Source: Bilabrum cf. latius (lineage: Eukaryota). From it: 64,000 bases of DNA. The DNA lies in NCBI GenBank assembly GCA_965178125.1, contig OZ237750.1:434001-498000 (forward strand). Reading direction: 5' to 3'. Numbering within the stretch: position 1 is the stretch's first letter; every line of letters starts with the position of its first letter. A model generated the notes under the pieces. The model made no database searches and had not been told where the DNA came from. It saw nothing but the letters and a program-made list of their open reading frames with translations. This document shows positions 13,201 through 25,850 of the stretch, piece after piece. A program made the position numbers and the translations under genes.

Positions 13201-13216
13201 TATTTAAGAAGTTCAT
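4204..13216 (-). CDS. Very large (~2,836 aa) RAP-domain protein, probably mitochondrial RNA-binding; exons 13216-9880, 9781-9668 and 9263-4204
   Basis: Track ORFs 11291-12460, 10748-11287 and 9995-10630 share one frame. ORFs 8356, 7546, 7213, 6964, 6262, 6064, 5482, 4816 and 4435 share another. All end in TAG. RAP motifs: SQLQSDVLFSL, YLDAAWPSSMVCLEVDGPHHF, RWKERLLRTAGWDVRRIAFFEW. The N-terminus is Arg/Ser-rich and presequence-like. About 29 in-frame TAG; ends at TGA 4204-4206. The 404-nt second intron may hide an extra exon. Confidence 0.72.
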
Positions 13217-13410
13217 GTATTTAGTTGAGACCTAGATCGGCCAGGCTCTCGCCTCTGTTGATGAATAAGGGAACAAGCCGGATGTTGCATTGTTGGGTGC
13301 ATGTACGTATCACTCGTCACAGCACAACAAAACCAGATCTGGGGTATGACGGAATTTGCCGAAGTCGTACGGCAGTCGAAGCCTAAACTTGCGTGTGCCG
13401 TTATCTTAGA

Positions 13411-15172
13411 ATGCGCATTACTGGTTTTGAAGCCAAGGATATTCGATTTCCGACCAAGTGAGAGCGCTTACTTTTCCATGCTCCGTATCACACACTGGCC
13501 GACAGCGCGTGCGACGCGTCATGTCACTTGCGATCCCTTGCTTGAGCCTGGCAACGTGGATCTGCATTGCATCTACTTGCAGGGATGAGATTGGAGATGC
13601 CAAAAACAAGAGTCCCGACTACTCTGCGGCGCTGTGCGTCCTGAAGACTGATACAGAACACACTGGGCATGGGCTTGCTTTCACGATCGGGCGTGGAAAC
13701 GAAGTTGTTGCGGCTGCGATCAAGAGCCTAGCGCCTATGGTGGTTGGCAAGGATATTTCTGAATTCACGAAGAACATGGGAGCGTTTCAGTGAGAAAGTG
13801 GGAGCCTCCCGAACGACTGTCGTCGCGAAGCATCTTCGTGCTACGCTTCTCTGCGCGACTCATTGGCATCACGATTCCAAAACTTATGCTGAGAACATTC
13901 ATAACGTGTATCGCAGGCGATATATGGAGGAGGGTGATTCACAGTTGCGCTGGATCGGACCGCAGAAGGGAGCAATCCACCTCGCCACTGCCGCCGTTGT
14001 CAATGCTGTGTGGGATCTGTGGGGCAAAGACTGTGGGAAGCCTGTTTGGAGGATTGTCAGCGACTTATCGCCTGAGGAGCAGGTAAAGCTGGTGGATTTC
14101 TCCAGCATTACGGACGCCATCACGCCAGAGGAGGCGTTGGAGATCTTCAAAGCATCAGAGAAGGGCAAGGACGAGCGAGTGAAGGAGATGCTGGAGGTGA
14201 GACCAAGTATACTTATGAGTATTTGCACTGTACGAGAAGCACGTTTCCACGACTGTCGGGCTCCGTGAAGACTTGCTACGGGCTCTTCCACGTCTTGGGT
14301 CTGCTCCCGAAACGCAGACTGGCTATCCCGCGTATGTCACAAGTGCCGGCTGGCTGGGGCTTTCCGACGACGTCATGAAGGCAAAATTGCAAGAACAGCT
14401 GGACCAGGGAATGACGTTCATCAAGATGAAGGTTGGTGCTGATGTGGAGGAGGACAAGCGGCGCCTTACCATCGCTCGCAAGATGATGGGTGATGACAAG
14501 ACGCTGATGATCGACGCAAACCAGGTGTGGGAGGTGCAGCAGGCGATCGACTGGGTGAAAGAACTCGCGGAGTTCAAGCCCCTGTTCATCGAAGAGCCGC
14601 TCTCACCGGACGACGTGCTCGGTCACCGCAAGGTGGCGGAGGGGGTACGGCCGCTTGGGATCGGGGTAGCCACCGGGGAAATGTGCATGAACAAGGTGCT
14701 ATTCAAGCAATTCATCATGCACGACGCGCTGGACTACGTCCAGATCGACAGCACCCGCCTGGCTGGCCCCAGCGAAGTCCTGGCAGTGCTCCTGATGGCG
14801 CACAAGTTCAACAAGCCGGTGTGCCCGCACGCGGGCGGAGTGGGACTCTGTGAGATGGTGCCCCACCTGTCCATGATCGACTACACGTGCGTGTCTTGCA
14901 GCCACAAGGGGCGCGTGCTGGAGTTTGTCGATCACCTGCACGAGCACTTCAAGGACCCCTGCGTCGTCAAGGGCGGCCGATACATGGGCCCAACGGCCCC
15001 TGGCTACAACACGGAGATGTACGCCAAGTCGCTCGAGGACCACAGCTTCCCGGACGGCACCGTGTGGGTGAAAGAGATGGCAGACAGGGCCAAGGAGGCG
15101 GCAGCAGGCGGAGACGGGGCTGCTGCCGGAGGAGCAGGGGAGGGAGAGGCGGCCGCCGGAGGGGCGCAGTGA
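13411..15172 (+). CDS. ENOSF1: L-fuconate dehydratase / mitochondrial enolase superfamily member 1, ~462 aa; exons 13411-13457, 13583-13789, 13917-14196, 14318-15172
   Basis: DIRFPT, PDYSAA, FTIGRGNEVV, DSQLRWIGPQKG, GYPAYVTSAGWLG, KMKVG, DANQ, IEEP, ATGE, VCPHAGGVGLCE, DHLHEHF. Three GT-AG introns join in frame. No in-frame TAG. Confidence 0.95.
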
Positions 15173-15329
15173 GTGGGTCGGGGGATAAGTGCCAGTGCCG
15201 CGTCTGCCCTGGGGCTAGCAAAGGCCTGCTGGCAGTCTATTAGCACGGAATGGCTGAAAGGGTGGTGGTCATGCTCGTTCGTTGCAGTGAGGTGCCAATG
15301 TGAATCGCAAAACATGAGAATATCGACGC

Positions 15330-18300
15330 TCATTCCATGTCAATACCAACGTCAAACGCATGCATGCCGGTTGCAGTGGCTGCCAGGAGTCGGATGACCG
15401 GGGCATCAGCACCGGGCGTGCCATTAGGTCCGCTTCGACCTTCCATGCCTGTCTCACCTTGCAGCACACCGAGCGACAGCACGGCGGCGAAATCAGCTGT
15501 TTGCCCAATGGCAAGCCGGTCTCCTGCCCTGCCCCCAGAAGAGCCCAGACCGTCGACAGTACTAGCTGCAGCGGCCCCCAGCCGCCTTCCTGCCATTCCC
15601 ATGCCCATGCTCGACCCGCTCACAGAGGCAGTCGCCTACGAGAGGTGGATGGAAGCGAGCGCTTCTGCGCCGGGGCCCGGAGCTCCTTCGGTTGCGGCGC
15701 GCAGCAGCTCCACACGACCGTCCACCGTGCCGACCACGATGGCTCCTCCGTCAGCCAGAGCCTGTTCCAGCTCATCCTGGTCGTTTGAGCCCATGCCGCC
15801 CGCAAAAAGAACGCTCCCATCCTGGTCGTTCAAGCCCCCCTCCTCGTCCCCCGAATCGGCATCCATCGCATCAAAGCCGGGCCCGGCGGCAGCTGCACGC
15901 ATGCGCGCTTCCTGTGCCACGATATCGGTAGCCGCTCTTGCAGCAGAATCAACGACGGCGGCGGTATCGGCGAGGGATGTTCGCACGCGCATCTTGGGCG
16001 CAGGCGCGATGGAGCTGACCTGCGCGCCATCCAGCACCATCGCATCGGGGCATGCCCGGGTTTGTAGATCGAATACCCACATGGCGCTGCGAGTCTGCTG
16101 TTTGCGGAGCAAGGAGCCGTCCGAGACGGCAGCGCGCGCCGCGCCTTCAGCAACGAATCGCATGGAGCTCACCTGCTCGTCCTCGTCGGCGGTTGCGAGC
16201 GCAGGGTCATCGAACGCATCTGTCGCAGCCACGCAGGCCAGCGTGGACGGCATTGCGGGTGAAAAGCACAGGAATGGTCCCAGCGACTGCGTGTCGAGAG
16301 ACGAACCAGACCCCGAAGCATCGCTTTCTCCTGCCTCTGTCTCGACTGCGTCGGCGTCAGCATCCCCTAGCCCGGACCAAGGCAGCTATGCCTCAAAATC
16401 CTTGGCAGCTCGAAGCTCCACTGCGATCTCAAGCGCGGTGGGGAGTCGCGTCTCTCCCGACTGCCTCCCCACGAGCGCCGCGCCTGCGACATCCCTTGCC
16501 TCACCGGCAGCCTCGAGCGCTGCCGCACCAGGTGCAGTGAGCGCGCCTGCGGCACCGCCGGCAGCCACCTGTCGCTGCGCCTTGCGGCTGCGAGCACGCT
16601 CCTTGACGGCTGCGCGCTCCTGCTTCGCAGTGCGCTGCACTACGCTGTCCACATTCTTCGCGGTAGGCGTGGTCACGCTCAGCCTATAGCTCCTCACGGT
16701 ACCGTCCGCCATCGCGACAGCAAGCTGGGTCGGGTCCCACATCGAGCAGCACACCGAAGAGACAGGGATGTGAGGCTAGTCTTCGAAGACGGACGTGCCC
16801 TGCGTGGTCCCTCCGAGAGACTTGAAGCTGGCGCTGGGACGAAGGCCAGACTTGCTAGACCTGCCGGTCGCCACAGACGGGGCAGCGGGCGCTGCTTCAA
16901 TGCCTGCCTCTGGCTCCAGCAGGACGTGATTAGGCTCTTGCAGCCGGATGGGCAGCTCCGTCACGCTAGTCAGTCCGCCCGCCCTGCGCAGTGACTCGGG
17001 TCTCCTGGGGCGCTTTCTCTGCCCGCGCGCAGCAGCTTGCTGCTCGTCTGCCGCCTTGGTCGCAAGGTCAGCGACGTCTGCAGCCTCTGCATTCACGGCC
17101 TCGTTCTCCTCGTCTGGAGCAAAGGGGAGGAGAGCCACGGTACCATCCGAGTACCCCACCGCGATGACCCAGAAGGACGGAGCCTGCCTCTCGACATCGG
17201 CCCGCCGTCGCCTCGTGGCACCCCTCACGTCCCTGGTGCCTGGCCTCATGTCGGGAATCTCTACCGTAGAGGTCCTAGGGCTTCGAAGCAGTGCGTGAGA
17301 CCATGCGATGCAGGTCACTGCCGCGTCATGCGGCCTCGCAACCGCCCTGAGTTCCTTTGCGCGACCACCTCTTGAGACCCGAAGCACGTGCACGGCACCA
17401 TCAGAGAACCCGACCGCGATGTGCCTCCCTCTACTTGCCGAGGACTTCTTGGGAATTGAGAAAGGAAGTATGCCTGACTTGTCCGGCTCGCCGCTCATGA
17501 TCTCGGAAAGAGACGCGGGGAACGCCTGCTTTCGCGCCAGGTCTTCCATCTCGCTTCCGAAGCTCTCCAGCAAGTAGCGCTCCCACTCCTTCCCTGGCTC
17601 TGCCGACATTGCGGTGGGCCTCGGGGACTGGCCAGCTGGTACCATGGCCCCGGGCAAGGGGGCCAGGCTGGCATCCAACACGGGCTGGGGCCCTGCCCCG
17701 CTGCCACCGGGCGCGCCCATGGTCCACACCTGGAAGCTGGTCGGACCAGGGTCGGCCACCTGCCAGTCGGTTCCTTCTCCAGTCCAGCTCTTGGCCACGA
17801 CTACGACTGGCAGCACTTTGCGAAGCACCTTTCCGACCTACCCTCCTAGTCCCGCACTGTTTGAGACAGATAAGGCTGACGATGATCCAGGACCGCCATC
17901 AGGTGCCTGCACCAGTGTAGTGGCCGCTGCAATCCCCGAGGATGACTTAGCACCTGCAGCGGGCACTACCAGGCACGGCGCCCCAGATGCATCGCTCCAG
18001 TCTACAAAGTACAGCCCACCGGCCGGGCCCTGCATGGCAACCACACCGTCGACACCCTCTCCGGACTCGATACCTCCCATGGCCCACGCAGAATCGACGA
18101 TGCCTCCCAGCAGCGGGGAGGCGCTACCCACGTCCTTCCTCGCAACCAGCTGCAAGGCAGCTTCGCTTGCCGCGGATCCAGCGCTCCTACCGACTCCTGG
18201 CCGCTGCGGGCCGGGCGTGGCCCCTGCTGCGACTACATTCCAGAGTGCGAGCTCGCCAGCCTCGTTGCCCGAGACCAGCTGCCACGGCCCTACAACCTGC

Positions 18301-21300
18301 CTGGCAGGCAGCCTTCCAGCGCCGGAATCGCCTGCAGGGAGCTTAACCCACGATGCCGATGTGATGGCAGTGATGGCATTCTGCGACAATCCGCCCCCGA
18401 ACGCGAAAGGAGCACGCATCCATTCGCAGCTAACCACCGAATACTTGGCCTTCAGCTGCTGCATGCCGGCAGTGGAAGCCCCCGGCTTGGCACAATCCGC
18501 ACGAAGCAGCCAAAGCCTGCCAGCGTTATCGCCGGCACACACCAGGCCAACAGGCCCAGTGACAGGGTCGTCTTCGTCGAAGTCGAGCGGCATGGTCGAC
18601 ACTGTGCGCATGCACGGCTGGAACCCGCCTGCTGATTGCACAGGTGGCAGCCCTTTCTGCATGGATCTGGCCGAGACGAGCGGGCGCATGGCGAGCTCGA
18701 TCCTGTCACGAGGGTTGCGGGAGCGGCCTGCAGGGTTAGGGGGAGCGGCGCCCATCATCTCATCGCTCGCACCTTCCGAGTCGCTATGCCCGAACCCACC
18801 CTGCGGCTTTGGCTGCACCCTGATTTCGATCAGGCCCATGATACCAGCCACCAGGGCCACTCGGTTTGTGAGACAGCTCATGCTGCTCACCACATCAGAC
18901 CGACGTAGAAGACCAGCCCCATCCTCCTAGGCATCGCCCACTGCGGCCTTCGGCTCGGTGGCCCGGATCCTGAGTCGCCGCTGAGCCGCAGGCATGATCA
19001 CGACGGGCTTGCGCGCCGGCGCCACGCCCATCGATTCGGCCAATGCCGACACCCGACTCTCCCGATCTGTGCCGGCCTGCCGCTGCGCCAGCTCTGCCAG
19101 CGACCAGGCGCAAACGAGGAGCGTTCTCGTGTCGCCACGCTTGCCCGTGCTAGACCCCGAGGAGCTAGAGCTGCCAGTCTGTGAGGATGACGAGTCCCCG
19201 CGATGCGTGGATGGCCTACCAGCGTCATACGTAGAATCAGCTGCAACTCTGGAGGCAACACCCGTGCCCACAGGCTGCTCTTCAGCCTCGGCAATCCCAA
19301 ACACGGTGGTACCATCGGGTCCCAGGCAGCAAGCAAGGATCCTTCGAGCCAGAACAGTGGTGACTCTACGGCTCCGGTGTCCGCTGTGGGCGGTCTTTTG
19401 CTTCACGTGCCCGGCTCTGAACGACAGCACTGCCTGACTGGCGAACCTAGGGGTTCCAGGTGACGATGTGCTGCCTACCGTCAGCTCTCCACTCTCTCGC
19501 TCCACGACCGCAATGCCTGCAACCGAGCCCTACCTGTACAAATTCTCCGAGGGTGACGAGCCAACAGCAATGATGTCCGTAGACGGGCGGCCAGGCGGCT
19601 ACACGGAGGCGATGCAGTCAATGCCCCATGAGCCAGTCGCGATCTGCCTCGCCTCCGGACCGAGCCTTGCCGGAATCGGGGGCGTTGCCCTCGAGTCTGG
19701 CAGCCCAGTCTCACCAGAAGCACTCTTTCGCAGGCCTAGCTGGATTGCAGCGGAGCAGAACACGTCGTTCGGTCGCAGAAACAGCTGCTCGGCAGTCGTT
19801 GCGTCTTCGCACACGAGCGTGGAGCCCAGCCTGTACGCAAGCATGGACGTAGACGGGTGCCACAGCACCGCGCCTCTCTCGTGCTTCTCGCAGCTGCACC
19901 CAAGGGCACGCGACCGTGAGAGCGCGTTCGAAGCAGAGGGGACTCTTTCACGAAGCAGGGGCAGCGGGGCGGGGTATGCATCCATGTCCTCATCCTCCCG
20001 TGCTTGAGATGCTTTTGCTCCGCTTCTGGCAGCCAATGATCGTTGGCCGCTGCTTGGAAGGGCCGGCGGCTGAACGTGATTATTTCTTCCGGGCGACCCC
20101 TCCCGCAGCATTTCTTTCGCATGGGCCGTTGGTGTGGCAGACGGCGGCAGGTTTGGTACGGGGGACGTCGGTGGCGGAGGCAAGCCAGCGCTAGGCTGCT
20201 GCCGGGGAGCAGAGGCATGGATGCGTCCGGCTGCCTTGCGGCCTTTGCCGCCTTTTTTGCCCCCGGTTTTCTTGCGTCTACCTTGCGGCGGGTCGTGAAG
20301 GATGGAGTCGATCTGTCCCAGCGAGCCGCCGGCAACGTCGTGGTCCACCGAGCTGTCGTCTCCAGCGAATTGCAGGGTCCCTTTGCCGGCGTCTTGGAAC
20401 CCTCCTGCCGACTCGATTCCTTCGTGAAGGTTAGTTTTGGCGGGCGAGTGGTGCAAACCGAGCGAGCCTCTTCCCCGGCTTGGACCATCCTCACCGTTGT
20501 ATCCAGCCCCCGTCCCAAGAATATCGTCTTCGCGGCCTGCAGCACCGTGCGGCGCCATCATGAGTGTAGGCCCAGCTCCAGCGGATCGGCCTCCACCCTA
20601 TTCGGACGGGGGGCCGCGAGAGGACGCCGGCATGGATCTGTCGTCATCCTGCGCAACTTCCGAGCTAGCCATGGTGACAATGCGCACGGCCGATGGGGCC
20701 AGGTGCCCGCAGCACACGCGCTGGCCAGCCTCCACCCCGACCCTCCACACGATCAGCGAGCCATCCACCCCGCCGCTGTACATGGTCCTGCCGTTCCAGG
20801 CAAACTGAACCGCCGACACCGCGCCGCTATGACCACCCTTTGGAGACACGGACACGGCAGCATCTCGCGGGGGTCCCGCCAGGGTAGCATCCCACATCCT
20901 CACCGAGCCCTGTGGACTGCCCGTCACCAGGAAGTACCCGTTCGGGCTGGCATCCAGGGGTAGGCGCCGCGTGCCGTGCACCGTGCTGCTCGTCCCTGCA
21001 GTGGGCCGCAGCTTGCTCTCAATCGCTGCAAGGTCGCGAATGACACGGCCGGTGCCGGTGTCCCAGCGCAAGATCCTGCCGTTGGACATGGTGCCCACTA
21101 CCTGCCGTCCGCCGTGCAAGAAGCGGACTTCGACCAGTCCAGCCTCACCAAGCCCACGCGATGACACACCAGCTGCGGGTGCCCCGGCGTCTTCTCCGGA
21201 TATGCCAGCACCCAGTAGAGCGGCTTTCTCTCTCGCTTTGTCATCTTCGACCCCTGGGTCTTGCACGCGGCGCGACGACAGCCTCGAGGGCAGGGCTCGA

Positions 21301-24300
21301 GGCACTCGTAGTCGAGAGACAGCTGTGAATCCAGACGTTTCCAGCACCGTTGCTACGCTGCTTGCACTGCCATCCTTCCCCTCCCACGAAAAGGAAGCTG
21401 TCAGCAGGTCACCCGCAGGGGACACATCCAGTCCCACCCCGGCGCAAGCGCTGCCAGACGGCACACTGGAAGCAAGCAGCACCCTGACAGGGACATATCC
21501 GTGCAGCGCGTCGTGCACGACGATGCGCCCGTCCTCTGCTGCGGTCATCATGAACATGGGCTGCGCGCGCTGTGCTGCGGGCTCGGCCCTGAGTGCCCAG
21601 CCATCCACGGCTTCCCTTGCCCTGCGCATCTCCACTGGGGTGGGGCCTGGAGGGGGTGGCGCCGCGAAACCGATCCTACGCACGGGAGCATCATGCTGCC
21701 TGTACTCCTCCACAAGCTGTGCGGTAGGAACGTGGAATACCCGCACGCATCCGCTCTGGTACCCTACAACCAGGTGATACTCGGCCACTGCTGCGTCGGC
21801 AGTGTCTTCTGTTTCCGCTGTTGCGCCGTCCAGCGCTGCAGCGGCATCGGCATCCGTCTCTCTGCCCGTTGTCGCCCCAAGCACAGCAGCCGACAGGGAG
21901 CCGGCCACTGCAGCCGCAGCAGATTCGGGCACGGTGGAAGGCGGCCTAAAGCACAGGCACGTAGGCGTGTCTCCCGGAGCGACAAACTCGAACAGCTGCT
22001 GCAGTGACCTTGAGCTCCACACGCGGACTGTGCCGTCGGAGCTAGCGGTAGCCACGTCATCGCTTTCTATGTGGTGCACGAACCCTTCCGACTCTTGAAT
22101 CGCTTGCCTGGCCGCATAGAGGGATTCCGTGGGTCGGTCGCCGTCCAGGAAGAACAGCCTATCGGGGATCACCGGTGTTGGGGGCTTCACGGCGATATCT
22201 AGTATAGAGCCCGTGTGGCACCTTGCTGCCGTATGGTAGGACCGCGACGAAATATCCAGCACGCCCACTGCGCGGGCATCTGTGGTCGCCGCAACTCGGA
22301 GTCCGTCGGGGCTGCAGGCGGAGGCTGCCAGCGGTGCCTCGTACCTCACTTCCACGAAGAACTCTGAGAAATCCAGAGGCCACACCCGCAGGTACCGATC
22401 CGCCCCCGCCGTGACGCAGAAGCCCTCATTCACGGACAGAGAGCGGACAGGCCCTGAGTGCACCTGGAACACGGCCTCCACTCGCAGGGTCGAGTAGTCG
22501 ATTTGCACCACGGCACCACGACTCGTGCACACAAACACGCGATGCCCACCACGGTGCGCTGAAGCGGACATGTGTGCCAGAGAGAGAGCGCCGCCAGCAG
22601 CGCCAGGCGCCAGGGCACTGTCACCGTGCACTCCCTGCGGGGGAGGTTCAAAGGCAACGTCTGTAAACTCCGTGCCGCGTGCGTGCTGGTCCAGCACCAC
22701 GGGACACCCAGGCAGGTACCCGCGCTTCACCCGCCAGAACCGCACGTTTTCGTGCCCGCAAGACACGAGGCGCCCGGCCTCAAACGGGGAAAAGCGGGCT
22801 CGTGTGATAGCAAAGTCTGACACCTGCCTGGCAGCCACGGAGAACTCCTTCATCGGGATGACGGGCTTGGAAGAGTGCAACACCGGCGCATCACCGTCCG
22901 CACCTGAAGCCGATGCGGAGGCAGACGCGTGCACCCCGTGAGACTGGAGCACGTGCTTCGCGGCTGCGCTGACGTCCCAGACCAGGACCAGCGTGCGGCC
23001 CCTCTCGTCGACCCCGTGCAGCGCAACCTGGCGACTGTCAGGGGAGATTGCAACGCCGCCGACGGTCTCGTGCGAGGGGCACGGGAGCACAGCGAGGCAC
23101 TCTCCGGTGCGATAGTTCCACAGCCTCACCGCAGGCACCGACTGCAGGGACGCTTGTTCCTCTTGGCCTCTCGTGGAGGACGATGAGGGACCGAGCCTGC
23201 GGCGGCGGCTGGCGCCAGACTCGATCATGGTACCGACCCTGCCCTCTCTCCTGCCGTGCACGCGAGCCACCACTGTCTGCACCGTCGCTAGGACCAGCCC
23301 ATCATCCGACAGACAGAGGTGCTCAATGGGCCCGCCTTCCCCTGCAAAGATCCGCTGGGACCGCCTCAAGTGGCTGAGACCCTCCGGACTGTAGGCATCA
23401 CCCGCACCGGGTGCTACCAGGTCCGCCTGCATGGCAATGGCGAACCGCCCGCTGGGGAACACGATCTCGTCTCCGCTGGCAGACCACAGCAGATCCTCTG
23501 CCCCTCGGCCTCCGCCACTAGCCTTTGGCTTCACGGGGGCGGGCGACATGCCCGCAACGTGGTCCAGCGCCAGGGCGGGTTCCGATGCCATCAACAAGGT
23601 CGTTCGAGAGCTTGTTGGTTGCACAGTCTCCGGCATGCTGGGTGGGGATGAGTACCCAGGGCGGCGGGGCTCGGGCTGTTCCTCCGGGACAGGCACCCGG
23701 TCTGGTCCTCGCGGGCGAGACTCGGGGTGATGTGTCCGTTGCTGGGACAGGCCAACAGTGGCCGGAGGCGGCGCTTCCCCCGCGCCATCGAAGGCAAGCA
23801 CGCGGCGGTCGGTATTGTCTGCGCTGCCCTCCATCCGCATCGCTGTGCCCGAAGGCAGCTCAGACCTCCTTATGCTCGTGGACGCTGCGAGATCACTGCC
23901 TCGCCCAGCCACGGGCAGCTGCCTCTCCTGGGTCGCTGCATCAGGGCCGTGCTGGTCGTCGCTCTAGCGACTAGCCAATGGTTCGCCGCCTTTGCCCTCG
24001 TCGAGCTCACCGCGACCATCGCCCGCCCGCTCGAATGCAACCCGTCTGGAGCTGTCGGACGAAGGCTCTCGTGCAGCACTGCTTTTGCCGCTGTCAACGG
24101 TGCAAGCTTGCCGTGCTGAGTCAGCGCTCTCTGATGTATGTACGCCAGTTGCCCGCTGCCCGGCTTGAGCTGCGTGCGGCTGGCGGGCACGAAGATAATC
24201 AGCTGCCAGCTATTCGGGCTGCGATGTGCTGGACACTCCTTCTGCACGAGGTTCGGCTGCCATGGAGCAGGAAGGACTGCGAGCTGCAGCCTTACCATCG

Positions 24301-25685
24301 CTTCTGCTTGTGAGCGCAGGTGCGTGACCCTTGGACGAGCCCTCTGCCGCTTGACTGCCTCCTACCTTCTGCTCCTGATGCTCAACATGGTCGTCGTGCT
24401 TGCCACCGCCTGCCTTGCCGCTATCCATGGGCTCCTCCTCGAGACCTTTCACACCCTGCAGCTCTATCACGCGTATGCCCTCTTTGCGCATGAATAGCTC
24501 TAGTCGGTGCGCCGATACGTGCTGCACACCAAGCGAAGCCATGTCCCCCATGGGGCGCATCTTCCGAGTTCCCCTGGAACCTCGCCCTCGCTTACCACGG
24601 GCGCTCCCCCCAGCACCTCCTTTGGCCAGCTTCTCCACGATTGCGTCGTGCATGGCCTCGGCAGCAGCGCCGGGCAGCGCCGGGACCCAGTCGAATGAGT
24701 AAAACTCCCCAAAGGCGAAGTCAGGTGGCAACGGCATGCTGAACTCCCTGGGGAGGGACCGCGGCGACAGAGCCACATCTGACGAAAATGCTGCTCGATA
24801 AGAGGCGGCGCAGCATAGACGCAATGCCTGCGGTGCATGCTTAGATGCGATTCGGCGTGTGATCGAAGCAGAGGTTGCAGTGCAGTGCCGGCTCACGAGC
24901 GCACCTGGGTCGATTCATGGCACCAAATGGGCAGCATCAGCACAACAGGGCGGAAATCAACAACAGACAAGAACATAATATAAATAAAAACAAACGTGGA
25001 GAAGACGACATACTCTCACCTTGAGGCAGACGAAGTAGTCGCCCTAGTAGCGCCCCATCGCCGGGGGCCTGCCAGGGCTGGCAGTGCCAGAGCCAGCCGC
25101 CAGGGCAGAGCGGGGCCGCAACGACAACGACGCAGCCTGGGACGGGTTGCACAGAACTTGAGTGAGCTTCCTAAGGTCTACTGCGAGCACGGTCCATTTG
25201 TTCGGCGCGGCATCGACCGGGATTTCGAGAACACGGCCTAGGCGAATCCGTGGGGCCCGGAATGAGCTACCCAGTGACAGACGAACCACACGATCCTAGT
25301 ATGTAGTAATATCAGCATGTATAGCCCAGTTTTTGCCGTCCATTGGTTTTATTTGGACGTACAGAAATCGCCCAGTCAGTGCAAGCGTTCCGCCGGGACC
25401 CAGCGTGGGGCGCAGCTCCTTGGTTGATTTTGTTGATGCTCCCCTTGGAGCTAGCGTAGGATCAATGGGGGGTACAGCACGCTTGTCAAAATTTGGAAAC
25501 TCGACAAAAGTCTCCGAAGTCACCGGTCCATCCAGCTTCCAGACTGGTCTTCTAAGCGTGCCATCAATGGTGCGGGAGACAGTTTTCCCAGTCTTGGTGC
25601 AGCTCAGCCAGCTACCTATTCTCCATTCCTTAAATATGTCAACGAAAGGATGCTACCATAATGTGCTCTTCCTCTTGGAAGACAT
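15330..25685 (-). CDS. WDR90: WD repeat-containing protein 90 (POC16-like centriole/cilia protein), ~3,387 aa; exons 25685-25020 and 24827-15330
   Basis: N-terminal CFA20/DUF667 domain W[TAG]HPFVDIFK...LALTGRFLYVQIKP...WTVLAVDL...CLK|ALRLC...LPREFSMPLP. WD40 repeats follow (LVSCGHENVRFWR, FCVTAGADRYLRVWPLDFS, ATASSDGTVRVW). Track ORFs from 15330 to 24896 are all one frame, joined by TAG. Ends at TGA. Confidence 0.88.
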
Positions 25686-25850
25686 ACCAAAAGGCGGCCA
25701 AATTTGAGAGACGTTTGGATCAAGACACCACCGTGCAATGAATCCACACATCGTGTATATCGAATTGTTACGTTATAAAACCATCAAGATCTGCAACCAC
25801 CCAATCACCGAAATTTTCTACTGAACTGTTGAGATCTATAAATAAACAGT
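25686..25850. promoter_or_regulatory. Putative bidirectional promoter between WDR90 and the SDR gene
   Basis: 165-bp AT-rich gap between divergent ATGs, with TATAAATA just upstream of the SDR ATG. Confidence 0.45.

Noticed and set aside
24897-24910. CCCAG at 24905 as the WDR90 intron acceptor
   Set aside because: It gives an immediate in-frame TGA. The CGCAG at 24828 restores the conserved LK-x-LRLC motif.
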